Assembly (NCBI GenBank): GCA_902780025.1
Contig: CACZDV010000009.1
Span: 1,939-65,938, forward strand
Direction of reading: 5' to 3'
DNA: 64,000 nt
From: an uncultured Prevotellaceae bacterium
Lineage (GTDB): Bacteria > Bacteroidota > Bacteroidia > Bacteroidales > Bacteroidaceae
This document shows positions 38,299 to 47,925 of this stretch, piece by piece. Positions within the stretch are counted from its first letter, which is position 1; the number at the start of each line of letters is the position of its first letter. The position numbers and the translations under genes were made by a program. The notes beneath the pieces are model-generated. The model was not told the origin of the DNA, made no database searches, and saw only the letters and a list, made by a program, of their open reading frames with translations.

Positions 38299-40200
38299 AT
38301 GAAAAAGAATATTTATAGCTTGTTACTGGTCTTGGCGGCGATGGCTGGCATCACGGCTTGCTCCGACGACAACGACTACCAGTGGGCATCACAGCCTGCA
38401 GGCGATCAGGTGTACTTCAACAAGGACATGGCTTCGAAGTTTGACATTTCGATGAAGGAGAACACCTTCTCAATTCCCATCAACCGCATCAAGACGGCCG
38501 ACGCCCTGACGGTCAATATTGCGCACACCGACACGACGGGATTCTACACCGTTCCCGCTACCGTCACCTTCAATGCTGGCGAGTCGGTGGCTCAGATTAA
38601 TATTACCTATCAGAACGAAGGCATGGCCTATGATAAGTATGTACGCGACACGCTGATCATTACCTCAGTCGAGTCAACGACTCCTTACGGCCAGACTTCA
38701 TTCGGATTCTCGGCCGGTGCTCCCTCACCCTATGAGGCCATCGGTACGGGTTCTATTACCGATAACTATTGGTTTGAGGCTACGGCACCTGTTACCATTG
38801 CCCGTAACACCGAGAACCCCAACAAGTATCGTCTCATGGGTGCCTTCGACGCACTGGGCAAGGCTTCCGGCCTTACTCTTGACGGCAATCAGAATCCCTA
38901 CATTGAGTTAGAGCTGCTGAAACCGGGCGACACCTTCTATGATGTGACAATAACCCTTGACGGTCTGGTGGGCTACACCCAACTGAATACTGGTTACTAC
39001 CATAGTACGTATGAGGCTGACGTCTATATGCTTCATCCGGGTAACTTCACAAATAAGCAGAGTGAGGATATCTTCGCCTACAACTACGTGGTTGACTACT
39101 TGGAGGACGGCACTCCCGGTCGTATTCAGCTGGCTCCTTACTATTATATATTTGGTCTCGGTGGCTGGAACAAGACGGAGTTGGACGATATCGTCATCAT
39201 CGACTTCCCCGGCTATGCTCCTAAGGACTACTCACTGGAATACGATGCTCTCGGTATCTTTACCGACTTCCAGGGCGTACCCTACGCTGCCGGTGTTATT
39301 TCGCTTGGCGAGGATGCTACCAACGTGAAGGCTGTTGTCGTCAGTGCCGACGCTGATCCCGAGGCTGTGGCTGATGCCATTGCTGCCGGCGACTTGGAGG
39401 CTTCTGCTATTGAGAAGGCAGGTAACGTCAACGTGCCCATTGGCGACCTCACTGGCAAACTGCAGGTGGTGGTTGTCGTGCTTAACGAAGAAAATGTTGT
39501 GAAGGCTATGGATGTTGCCGAGTTCGAGTACTATGGCGGCGGTGCCAACCCCTGGAAGAGCCTGGGTATGGGACTGTTCACCGACAACCTGTTTATCACC
39601 CTGTTCGGTCCCGATGAGGAAACGACCTACGACCCCGATACTTACGAGGTTGAGATTCAGGAGAACAGCGACGAGCCCGGTGTTTACCGTCTGGTGAACG
39701 CTTTCCAGAAGAATGCTGCGATGTTAGAGTGTGCCTATACTCCTACGAACTTTGATATTAACGCTACCGATCCTGAGGGTGTCTATGCTCTGCTGCAGTC
39801 TACGGGTTGCGACGATGGTGGTGGCGACATCAGCGTGGGAACCTATGGTGGATACGTTGTTGCTGCCAAGGGCTTCGACGCTGCCAAGGAGGCTAATTAT
39901 CTCGGTAAACTGGCTGATGGCATTATTACCATGCCAAGGTTCAGCTCTAATGACGGCTCTTATGAATATCAGGGTGTTGCCGGTCAGGCAGGCTCTTTGT
40001 TCATCACAGGTGTTGACAGCGACTTCAAGGTCGTGCTGCCTTCTGCCGTTAATGCTTCGACGCGTGCCATGATGAAGTCTCAGGCTAAGGCCAACAGCTT
40101 TGCTCGTCGTCTGCATGCCTACGACAAGGTTGACAAGAAGCAGCTTCGTCGTATGATGAACCATCGTGCTCCGATTACGAAGGATGTGCTGGCTCGCTAA
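38299..40200 (+). CDS. SusCD-associated surface lipoprotein
   Basis: Lipobox ITAC-SDD; repeated W/Y..G.G..TD domains. Confidence 0.8.
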   Translation: MKKNIYSLLLVLAAMAGITACSDDNDYQWASQPAGDQVYFNKDMASKFDISMKENTFSIPINRIKTADALTVNIAHTDTTGFYTVPATVTFNAGESVAQINITYQNEGMAYDKYVRDTLIITSVESTTPYGQTSFGFSAGAPSPYEAIGTGSITDNYWFEATAPVTIARNTENPNKYRLMGAFDALGKASGLTLDGNQNPYIELELLKPGDTFYDVTITLDGLVGYTQLNTGYYHSTYEADVYMLHPGNFTNKQSEDIFAYNYVVDYLEDGTPGRIQLAPYYYIFGLGGWNKTELDDIVIIDFPGYAPKDYSLEYDALGIFTDFQGVPYAAGVISLGEDATNVKAVVVSADADPEAVADAIAAGDLEASAIEKAGNVNVPIGDLTGKLQVVVVVLNEENVVKAMDVAEFEYYGGGANPWKSLGMGLFTDNLFITLFGPDEETTYDPDTYEVEIQENSDEPGVYRLVNAFQKNAAMLECAYTPTNFDINATDPEGVYALLQSTGCDDGGGDISVGTYGGYVVAAKGFDAAKEANYLGKLADGIITMPRFSSNDGSYEYQGVAGQAGSLFITGVDSDFKVVLPSAVNASTRAMMKSQAKANSFARRLHAYDKVDKKQLRRMMNHRAPITKDVLAR

Positions 40201-40216
40201 TCACTGACTAGTTATA

Positions 40217-40265
40217 AAGAGGTGTACATGACCCGGCAAGTGGGCGTGTACACCTCTTGTTTTTT
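40217..40265 (+). terminator. Intrinsic terminator
   Basis: AAGAGGTGTACA...TGTACACCTCTT-GTTTTTT. Confidence 0.75.
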
Positions 40266-40284
40266 AATCGACAGACAAAAGAAG

Positions 40285-42720
40285 ATGACAAGAAACATCC
40301 TACTGACGGCATTGCTCGCTTTGGTCAGCACTGCCGTGAACGCCGGCCCGGCCTGGCCTGGAGCCAAGCGTACCGTCACACTCAGCGACGGCACGAAAGC
40401 CACACTCGCCCTGCGCGGCGATGAACACCTGAGCTACCTGACCGATGATCAGGGCAACGTTTACCTGACTGACGACAACGGTATTGCCCGTCCTGCTGAC
40501 TTCAGCAGCGTGCGGAGCCAATGGTCGGCACGCCTGGCAGAGGCTAACGCCCGGCGGCAACTCAGGGCACCGAGACACAGCCACGGGGTGACCAGAGGTG
40601 TGGGCGAACGAACCACCGACCTGCATGGAAAGAAGCACGGACTGGTCATCCTTGTGGAATTTCAGGACCAGAAATTCTCTACAGCCGATGCCAAGGCCGT
40701 CTATCAGCAGTTCTTCAATCAGGAGGGCTACAGCGACTACGGCATGACTGGCTCCGTGAGCGACTACTTCAAGGCGCAGAGCTATGGTCAGTTTGAAATC
40801 GACTTCGACATTGCCGGTCCTTATACGGCATCACAGAAGATGTCCTATTACGGTGCAGCGAAAAACGGACGCAACGATTATGAAGTGGGCGAACTCATAG
40901 CTGAGGTCTGCCGCACGGCCAACGCCGACGTCAACTATGCCGACTACGACTGGGACGGCGATGGCGAGGTGGAGCAGTTGTACATTATCTATGCCGGTTA
41001 CGGCGAGAACTACGGTGCCCCTGCTGAAACCATCTGGCCCCATGAGGCGACGCTGAGTGGCAGGGGTACGGAGTTGAAACTTGATGACGTCAAACTCAAT
41101 ACCTATGCCTGCAGTTGCGAATTGCGGGGCACGAGCGGTACCACCCTCGACGGCATCGGCTCTGCCTGCCATGAGTTCAGCCACTGTCTGGGTTTGCCCG
41201 ATATGTACGACACAGTGAATCAAAATGGCAATTACGCCATGGCGAACTGGGATGTCATGTGTCAAGGCAACTATAATAACGATGCACGTACACCGGCAGC
41301 CTATACTTCCTATGAGCGTATCTTTGCCGGATGGATGAATGCGACGGAGCTGACAGACATGACTACCGTCACCGACATGAAATGCCTTGTGGATGCTCCT
41401 GAAGCCTATGTCCTTTATAATGAGGGCAATCGCAATGAGTATTATCTCTTGGAGAACCGTCAGCGACGTGGTTTTGATGCCGGACTGTCTGGTCACGGTT
41501 TGCTGGTGGTCCATGTTGACTATGACGAGGAAAGGTGGAAGGATAATTCCATCAATGGTAATCGAAACCGTCAGATGATGACGATTATCCCTGCCGACGG
41601 CTTCCAGTCGTATTATACGATTTCAGGCGACCCATTCCCGGGCCCCGACTCCGTGACGGCACTCACCAACTACACGGAGCCAGCCGCCATCACCTATAAT
41701 GCCAATACCGACGGACGGCTGCTCATGAACAAGCCCATCGACCACATTACGGAGTCTGACGACGGTCTTATCTCGTTCATTGCCTGCCGTCCCGAAATGC
41801 AGATACCGCAATTCCTTGGAGAACCCACTGTCGTTAATCGTGACTTCACGGTCAGCTGGAGCCCTGTGGCCGATGCCGTGGAGTATGAACTGGAACTGAC
41901 GGAGACTCCCGCTTCGCGCCACGACCTCGACGAATGCCGTATGTTGGAAGAGCATTTCAGCAAATGCTATTCTACGAGTACTGGTTTCACGGATATCAGT
42001 AAGAAGATGAACGACTACGTGGAGAATGTCGATACCACCAGCTGGACGGGCGACAAACTCTTTACCTCGCCTTATGGTCTGCTGATGGGCACCAGTAAGG
42101 TTAATGGTTTTTTATCGACACCTATCTACTGGATGCCTGAGAGCGGCGAAATCACCGTTGTCCTTGGCGGACGTCCTTATGGTAATGACGAATCGGTAAA
42201 GGGCGTCTTGGAGTTCGTTAACCGCTTCGGAACTGAGAAACATGAGTTTGAACTCTCTGCCGACCGTCGTGTCGTGTTCCACCTCAACACGGAGGGTAAG
42301 CAGTTCATCATTGATATCAAGCCTTCTGCACGTATGTACATGGATTATCTGGCTATTTACGAAGGTGTCTTCACTGAGGAAGAACTGGGAATCGCTGTTG
42401 GAGCGCGCAACACGGCCTCCAAAGTCATTCGCCGCATCAGCAAGCAGAACTATACCACAGACCAGACATCCTACACCTTCGCCGACCTTACGCCGACGAG
42501 TCGCTTCTCCTATCGCATCAGGGCTATTGGTGCTGAGGATATATCGCAGTGGAGCGACGAGCAGCAGTTCTCCTTCCCTGCCACCGCCATCTCGCCCGTA
42601 AGGATAGCTGAAACGTCAGGTGCTGTCTATGACCTGCGTGGCGTCTATGTTGGCAACGACCTGAAACGGTTAAGAAAGGGCGTCTATGTCATCGACGGCA
42701 AGAAAGTCGTCATTGATTAA
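40285..42720 (+). CDS. M6-family (immune inhibitor A-like) metalloprotease with T9SS-type C-terminus
   Basis: GSVSDYF, DWDGDGEVE, HEFSHCLGLPDMY, EYYLLENRQ, YDLRG...KGVYVIDGKKV. Confidence 0.9.
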   Translation: MTRNILLTALLALVSTAVNAGPAWPGAKRTVTLSDGTKATLALRGDEHLSYLTDDQGNVYLTDDNGIARPADFSSVRSQWSARLAEANARRQLRAPRHSHGVTRGVGERTTDLHGKKHGLVILVEFQDQKFSTADAKAVYQQFFNQEGYSDYGMTGSVSDYFKAQSYGQFEIDFDIAGPYTASQKMSYYGAAKNGRNDYEVGELIAEVCRTANADVNYADYDWDGDGEVEQLYIIYAGYGENYGAPAETIWPHEATLSGRGTELKLDDVKLNTYACSCELRGTSGTTLDGIGSACHEFSHCLGLPDMYDTVNQNGNYAMANWDVMCQGNYNNDARTPAAYTSYERIFAGWMNATELTDMTTVTDMKCLVDAPEAYVLYNEGNRNEYYLLENRQRRGFDAGLSGHGLLVVHVDYDEERWKDNSINGNRNRQMMTIIPADGFQSYYTISGDPFPGPDSVTALTNYTEPAAITYNANTDGRLLMNKPIDHITESDDGLISFIACRPEMQIPQFLGEPTVVNRDFTVSWSPVADAVEYELELTETPASRHDLDECRMLEEHFSKCYSTSTGFTDISKKMNDYVENVDTTSWTGDKLFTSPYGLLMGTSKVNGFLSTPIYWMPESGEITVVLGGRPYGNDESVKGVLEFVNRFGTEKHEFELSADRRVVFHLNTEGKQFIIDIKPSARMYMDYLAIYEGVFTEEELGIAVGARNTASKVIRRISKQNYTTDQTSYTFADLTPTSRFSYRIRAIGAEDISQWSDEQQFSFPATAISPVRIAETSGAVYDLRGVYVGNDLKRLRKGVYVIDGKKVVID

Positions 42721-42803
42721 CGCCGGTTTCTGAAGAAATCCTGCATCAGCTGTCGGCACTCTTCACTGAGGGTGCCGCCAGTTACGTTTGTTTTGGGATG
42801 CAC
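42717..42803 (-). repeat. In-frame copy of the tadA 3' end (VHPKTNVTGGTLSEECRQLMQDFFRNRR*), direct relative to tadA
   Basis: Core differs from tadA only at synonymous sites (CAT, AAA, CGA); stop overlaps the protease stop (TTAA). Confidence 0.95.
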
Positions 42804-42839
42804 CTTTACAGAATAATCTAACGGAGGGGCCTCCAGCCT

Positions 42840-42919
42840 TTGCGAAATTTTTCGTTGCGAAATTTTTCGCATAATCTTTCGGAATCATTTGCAAGTATCA
42901 AATAAATGTTGTAACTTTG
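42840..42919 (+). promoter_or_regulatory. ATPase promoter preceded by a 15-bp tandem repeat
   Basis: TTGCGAAATTTTTCG x2 (42840-42869); TTTG-N20-TAACTTTG. Confidence 0.7.
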
Positions 42920-42949
42920 CCTCCGCAAATATAACATAATTATTCAAAT

Positions 42950-44020
42950 ATGATGAATCCATTTCAGTTTGGTGTGCTTGTCGACAATGAGTACTTCACT
43001 GACAGAATCAATGAGTTGAGGGAAGTCCAGATGTCGCTGAACAGTGCTAACCACTTAATTCTTATTAGTCCGCGAAGATTTGGAAAGTCAAGCTTAGTTG
43101 CCAAGGCTGTCAAGATGTCTGGCCGTCCTTGTCTGTCTCTTAATATGCAGAATATGCTTAGCGTTGAGGACTTTGCATCCAAATTATTACGTGAATTATT
43201 CCGTTTGTATCCAATGGAGAGAATCAGGCATTTGATGACCCATTTCAGGATTATACCGACGGTTTCAACAAACCCTATAACAAATGGTGTTGACGTTTCC
43301 TTCCAACCTGTAATGAACAGTATGGTTCTTCTGGAGGACGCGATGGACTTGATAGAAAAGGTTAGCACGGAGAATAAAAAGCTGGTCGTTGTACTTGATG
43401 AGTTTCAGGAGATTTTGAACATACGTAAGGGCTTAGATAAACAGTTGCGTTCCATTATGCAGGAGCAACAGCATCTGAATTATATCCTATTAGGTAGTCA
43501 GGAGTCTATGATGACGGATATTTTTGAGAGAAAGAAGTCTCCCTTCTATCATTTTGGAAAACTTATGCGCCTGAATAAAATTCCTTACGATGATTTCAAG
43601 GAATATATTACAACCCGTTTGCCATTAAATGAGGATGAGAAATTGCATGGCATAGTAGAAGAGATATTAGCTTTTACCAATCTTCATCCCTACTATACTC
43701 AACAATTGTCTGCCCAGGTTTGGGAGATGATGACCTACGACCATCTTGTTGACGGTGTTGTCAAGGAAGCTGTCAGCAAGATTGTACGTGTTCATGATTT
43801 GGATTTTGAACGCCTTTGGTTGAATTTCAACCGTACGGACCGTTCTGTCATTCTTAGTCTGAGCAAAGGGGAAAATCCGTTACAGAATCGCAAAGTAGCG
43901 TCAAGCACATCATTCAGTGCCGTAAAACGATTAATGAAAGCTGGGTATGTGATACGAGTGACTGACTACGAAATAGAAGATCCTTTCTTTAAGGAATGGG
44001 TTATTCGTTTCTGTCAGTAG
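42950..44020 (+). CDS. AAA/archaeal-type ATPase with C-terminal HTH, AT-rich
   Basis: NPFQFG..V...YFTDR, SPRRFGKSS, VVLDEFQ. Confidence 0.88.
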   Translation: MMNPFQFGVLVDNEYFTDRINELREVQMSLNSANHLILISPRRFGKSSLVAKAVKMSGRPCLSLNMQNMLSVEDFASKLLRELFRLYPMERIRHLMTHFRIIPTVSTNPITNGVDVSFQPVMNSMVLLEDAMDLIEKVSTENKKLVVVLDEFQEILNIRKGLDKQLRSIMQEQQHLNYILLGSQESMMTDIFERKKSPFYHFGKLMRLNKIPYDDFKEYITTRLPLNEDEKLHGIVEEILAFTNLHPYYTQQLSAQVWEMMTYDHLVDGVVKEAVSKIVRVHDLDFERLWLNFNRTDRSVILSLSKGENPLQNRKVASSTSFSAVKRLMKAGYVIRVTDYEIEDPFFKEWVIRFCQ

Positions 44021-44045
44021 TGTCAATACGTACCTTTAGCCCGGA

Positions 44046-44489
44046 TTAGCGCCTTTCCTTGAAGAAATCCTGCATCAGCTGGCGGCACTCTTCACTGAGG
44101 GTGCCGCCAGTTACGTTTGTCTTGGGGTGCAGGGCACGGGGGGCGTACTCACGGTAGCCGCGTTTGGGGTCGTCGCATCCGTAGACGATGCGGGGCAGCT
44201 GTGCCCAGCCTAAGGCTCCGGCACACATGGGACACGGCTCCACGGTGACGTAGAGGGTGCAGTCGGTCAGGTACTTGCCGCCCAGGGTATTGGCAGCGGC
44301 AGTGATGGCCTGCATCTCGGCATGGGCGGTGACGTCGCAGAGCGTCTCTGTCAAATTATGGGCACGGGCCACAATACGATTTTTGCATACCACGATGCAG
44401 CCGATGGGTATCTCACCTTCGTCGAGGGCGCACTTTGCCTCGTCCAAGGCAAACCGCATATACTTTTCGTCTAATTCTTGTTGAGTCAT
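44046..44489 (-). CDS. tadA: tRNA adenosine deaminase (nucleoside deaminase)
   Basis: GEIPIG, TAHAEM, TVEPCPMC; start 4 nt after the -7 box. Confidence 0.9.
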   Translation of the reverse strand: MTQQELDEKYMRFALDEAKCALDEGEIPIGCIVVCKNRIVARAHNLTETLCDVTAHAEMQAITAAANTLGGKYLTDCTLYVTVEPCPMCAGALGWAQLPRIVYGCDDPKRGYREYAPRALHPKTNVTGGTLSEECRQLMQDFFKERR

Positions 44490-44506
44490 GGTGCAAAGAT
44501 AATAAA

Positions 44507-44534
44507 AAAAGTGAAAAGTGAAAAGTGAAAAGTG
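44507..44534. repeat. (AAAAGTG)4 microsatellite in the divergent tadA/birA promoter
   Basis: Four units between the two -7 boxes (44494-44501 minus, 44544-44551 plus). Confidence 0.85.
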
Positions 44535-44555
44535 AAAAATTAGTATCTTTGCAAC

Positions 44556-45254
44556 GTGGATTGGAAAATAGTACATATCGACGAGACAGACTCCACCAAT
44601 AACTGGCTGAAAGAGCATGGCGAGGGAAATATGGTGGTAGTGGCCGAACATCAGACGGCAGGCCGAGGCTGTGGCACAAACCAGTGGGAGTCAGAGCGGG
44701 GCAAGAACCTGTTGTTCTCGATGCTTGTTCATCCTCACGACATTCCCGCTGTTCGGCAATTCCACATCTCGATGGCCATCTCGCTGGCTATCTGTGAGTC
44801 GCTGGAGCAATATATCGGCGACCTGAGTATCAAATGGCCCAACGACATCTATTGGAGAAACGGCAAGATTGCCGGCATACTCATCGAAAACACGCTGAAG
44901 GGAACTGTCATCAAGAGCAGCATCATCGGTGTGGGACTGAACGTCAATCAGCGTGACTTCCGCAGTGATGCCCCTAATCCCGTGTCGCTGTGGCAGGTGA
45001 GTGGCCAGGAGACTGACCGTGACGAGTTGCTCCGCGATATCCTGCGGCGGTTTGACGGGCTGTTGGGCCACGACATCCGCAACCACTATCTGTCGCGTCT
45101 CTACCGGCGGCGGGGATTCCATCCGTATGCTGATGCTGACGGTGCTTTTATGGCTGAGATAGCCGACGTTCGCGAGGATGGTCATTTGGTTCTTAGTGAC
45201 GAAGCCGCCAATGAGCGTATCTATGCATTCAAAGAAGTAACATTTATCATATAA
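44556..45254 (+). CDS. birA: Biotin--[acetyl-CoA-carboxylase] ligase
   Basis: DSTN, QTAGRG, KWPND, KIAGIL. Confidence 0.93.
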   Translation: MDWKIVHIDETDSTNNWLKEHGEGNMVVVAEHQTAGRGCGTNQWESERGKNLLFSMLVHPHDIPAVRQFHISMAISLAICESLEQYIGDLSIKWPNDIYWRNGKIAGILIENTLKGTVIKSSIIGVGLNVNQRDFRSDAPNPVSLWQVSGQETDRDELLRDILRRFDGLLGHDIRNHYLSRLYRRRGFHPYADADGAFMAEIADVREDGHLVLSDEAANERIYAFKEVTFII

Positions 45255-45259
45255 CTATT

Positions 45260-45970
45260 ATGGCAAGATTTAAAAGGATTCTATTGAAGTTGTCGGGCGA
45301 GAGCCTGATGGGAAAGCAGGGTTACGGCATTGACCCCGAGCGCTTGAGTGACTATGCAAAGCAGATTAAGGAGGTGGCCGAGATGGGGGTGCAGATAGGT
45401 ATCGTCATCGGCGGCGGCAATATCTTCCGTGGCTTGAGTGGTTCGCAAAAGGGCTTTGATCGTGTGAAAGGCGACCAGATGGGTATGTGTGCTACGGTCA
45501 TCAACTCGCTGGCATTATCGTCGGCCTTAGGAGCCGTGGGCGTAAAGAACAAGGTGCTGACGGCTATCCGCATGGAGCCTATCGGTGAGTTCTACACTAA
45601 ATGGAAGGCTATCGAGGCTATGGAACAGGGCTATGTCTGCATCTTCTCTGCTGGCACAGGATCTCCTTATTTTACGACTGATACGGGCTCATCGCTGCGC
45701 GGCATCGAGATTGAGGCTGACGTGATGCTGAAGGGAACACGCGTGGACGGCGTTTACACTGCTGACCCTGAGAAAGACCCGACGGCCACGAAGTTTGACG
45801 CCATTACTTATAAAGAGGTACTCGCGCGAGGCCTGAAGGTGATGGACTTGACAGCCATCTGTATGTGTCAGGACAACAACCTGCCCATCTACGTCTTCAA
45901 TATGGACGTAGTAGGAAATTTAAAGAAGGTGATGGATGGCGAAGAGATAGGAACCTTAGTGCATAACTAA
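45260..45970 (+). CDS. pyrH: UMP kinase
   Basis: RILLKLSGE, GGGNIFRG, FTTD. Confidence 0.97.
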   Translation: MARFKRILLKLSGESLMGKQGYGIDPERLSDYAKQIKEVAEMGVQIGIVIGGGNIFRGLSGSQKGFDRVKGDQMGMCATVINSLALSSALGAVGVKNKVLTAIRMEPIGEFYTKWKAIEAMEQGYVCIFSAGTGSPYFTTDTGSSLRGIEIEADVMLKGTRVDGVYTADPEKDPTATKFDAITYKEVLARGLKVMDLTAICMCQDNNLPIYVFNMDVVGNLKKVMDGEEIGTLVHN

Positions 45971-45983
45971 TGATGCATTAAGA

Positions 45984-46397
45984 TTAGACCTCCTCAAACT
46001 CGACGTATTCGCCTTCGCCCGATTCAAAGATCTTTCGGTCGTTCTGCTGTTCGTGGCGGTCGTCGATGATGGTAACACCACTGCCTGTCTGCACTGTGCG
46101 ACGGGTGGTGGTTTCTTCTTTCCGTTGCTCTTGTCCAGCTTTCTGCTGATGGTCTCCCTCATCGCTGCTCTTGAAGTAGTCGTCCTTGAACTTAGGCTTG
46201 TCTTCTTCTCTCTGGTAGTACTTGTTCGACGTCCGTTTGAAGTAGGCATCTTCCTTGGCCTGCCTGCGGGCTTCACGCTCTTCGGCAGCCTGTTTCAACA
46301 TCTTTCGGAATTTGCGGATATACTCATGGAAGAGGATGGCCAGTACAATGACGACGAAGAGAACAAAACAAAGGATGATAGTCAGGACTTCTTTCAT
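45984..46397 (-). CDS. Small membrane-anchored protein (DUF4834-like)
   Basis: N-terminal TM helix; C-terminal EGEYVEFEEV. Confidence 0.75.
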   Translation of the reverse strand: MKEVLTIILCFVLFVVIVLAILFHEYIRKFRKMLKQAAEEREARRQAKEDAYFKRTSNKYYQREEDKPKFKDDYFKSSDEGDHQQKAGQEQRKEETTTRRTVQTGSGVTIIDDRHEQQNDRKIFESGEGEYVEFEEV

Positions 46398-46412
46398 TGG
46401 TTCAGGGGCTTG

Positions 46413-47108
46413 TTAGGAATGTAGGGTGGGGGATAAACGGTTTGCAATCAGCGAGAGTGCTACATACCAGGCAATAATAATAGCAATGCCACTGATGTCG
46501 AAAAACAGGAGTAGGGGAATACAGGTCGCAATAAAGATGTATTTGATCTCATTGCCCTTCCAACCCCATGTCTTGAACTTCAGGGCGAACATGGGAATCT
46601 CAGCAATAAGCAGGTAACAGCTGTAGAACAGCATGAGGAGTATGGCCCACCAGTTGTTGGCAGCCACGAAACTGCCACTTTCCTCGAGTCCCACAATCAG
46701 CGATCCCCAGAAGAGGGCATTGGCCGGGGTGGGCAGTCCGATGAACCCCATTGCCTGTCGTTCGTCCAGATTAAACTTGGCTAAGCGTAGGGCAGAGAAG
46801 GCAGCCATGATAAACGCCAAGAAAGGTATGAACGGCCAATGGATGTGGAAAGTACACAGATAGCTAAACACAATGGCCGATGGCGCGAAGCCGAAGGTAA
46901 TACAGTCGGCCAGAGAGTCGAGCTCCTTGCCGATGGGTGAGGACACATGGAGCAAACGGGCCGACATACCGTCAAAGAAGTCGAATACGGCACCGATGAC
47001 GATGAACAGCAGTGCCATCGGATATTGCCCTAAGAAAGCAAAATAGGTAGCTATACAGCCCGAAATCAGGTTGCAACAAGTAATCGTATTAGGGATGTGC
47101 TTCTTCAA
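46413..47108 (-). CDS. pssA: CDP-diacylglycerol--serine O-phosphatidyltransferase
   Basis: DFFDGMSAR...GKELDSLAD, LRLAKFN, GLPTP. Confidence 0.92.
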   Translation of the reverse strand: MKKHIPNTITCCNLISGCIATYFAFLGQYPMALLFIVIGAVFDFFDGMSARLLHVSSPIGKELDSLADCITFGFAPSAIVFSYLCTFHIHWPFIPFLAFIMAAFSALRLAKFNLDERQAMGFIGLPTPANALFWGSLIVGLEESGSFVAANNWWAILLMLFYSCYLLIAEIPMFALKFKTWGWKGNEIKYIFIATCIPLLLFFDISGIAIIIAWYVALSLIANRLSPTLHS

Positions 47109-47121
47109 TTCTAATAATTTT

Positions 47122-47814
47122 TCAATTCTTCAATTTTGCAATCACCGTCTGGTCGCCCGTTGTCGGCTGATCCATCGTGACGCATACTTTCGAATTCAGG
47201 GGAAGGAAAACATCGACACGTGAACCGAGTTTGATGAAACCTAAGTGCTGGTCAATATAGCACTCCTCGTCGGGCTTGGCATAGGTCACGATGCGGCGGG
47301 CCATAGCACCAGCTATCTGTCGCACCAGAATGTCCTCGCCCTCAGGTGTGGTGATCATGATGTCGGCATGCTCGTTCTCCTCACTGGCTTTGGGAAGCCA
47401 CGCTTTGTGGTAGTTACCATTCTGGTGGTGTACAAACTTCACCCGGCCGTCAACTGGGAACCAGTTGGCATGAACGTTCAACGGACTCATGAAGATGGAA
47501 ATCATCAGCCGTTTGTCGTGGAAGTATTCGTTCTCTTCCGTTTCCTCGATCACCACCACCTTACCATCGGCAGGAGCCACCACGGTGCGCTCCGTGTCAC
47601 CGTTGAAGTAACGGATGGGACAACGATAGAAGTTCAGCGCCATCAACCAGGCCGTTACCAGCACGGCACTGACAATGATGCAGGGAATAATTGTATCGAA
47701 AGCGTACCAAAGCCCCGTTGCAATAGCCACGATAAGAATGGCACTATACAGCAGTTCGCTGGTTCCCTCACGGTGTATTCTGATTTTTTTTAACTTCTTG
47801 ATTCTTTCTCCCAT
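47122..47814 (-). CDS. psd: Phosphatidylserine decarboxylase
   Basis: [28 protein letters not shown]. Confidence 0.92.
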   Translation of the reverse strand: MGERIKKLKKIRIHREGTSELLYSAILIVAIATGLWYAFDTIIPCIIVSAVLVTAWLMALNFYRCPIRYFNGDTERTVVAPADGKVVVIEETEENEYFHDKRLMISIFMSPLNVHANWFPVDGRVKFVHHQNGNYHKAWLPKASEENEHADIMITTPEGEDILVRQIAGAMARRIVTYAKPDEECYIDQHLGFIKLGSRVDVFLPLNSKVCVTMDQPTTGDQTVIAKLKN

Positions 47815-47925
47815 GGTTAGTTTTTAGCATTTGCGCTGCAAAGATACGCTTTTTTTATGTAAGTTACAAATTATTTCCCTTTTTCTTTTAGAAATACCCA
47901 AAAGTTTCGTACTTTTGCATTTGTA

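Noticed and set aside
26742-44132. Classical integron or diversity-generating retroelement
   Set aside because: No clear attC (RYYYAAC...GTTRRRY) sites, recombinase not recognisably IntI, no reverse transcriptase, and differences between repeats are not adenine-specific
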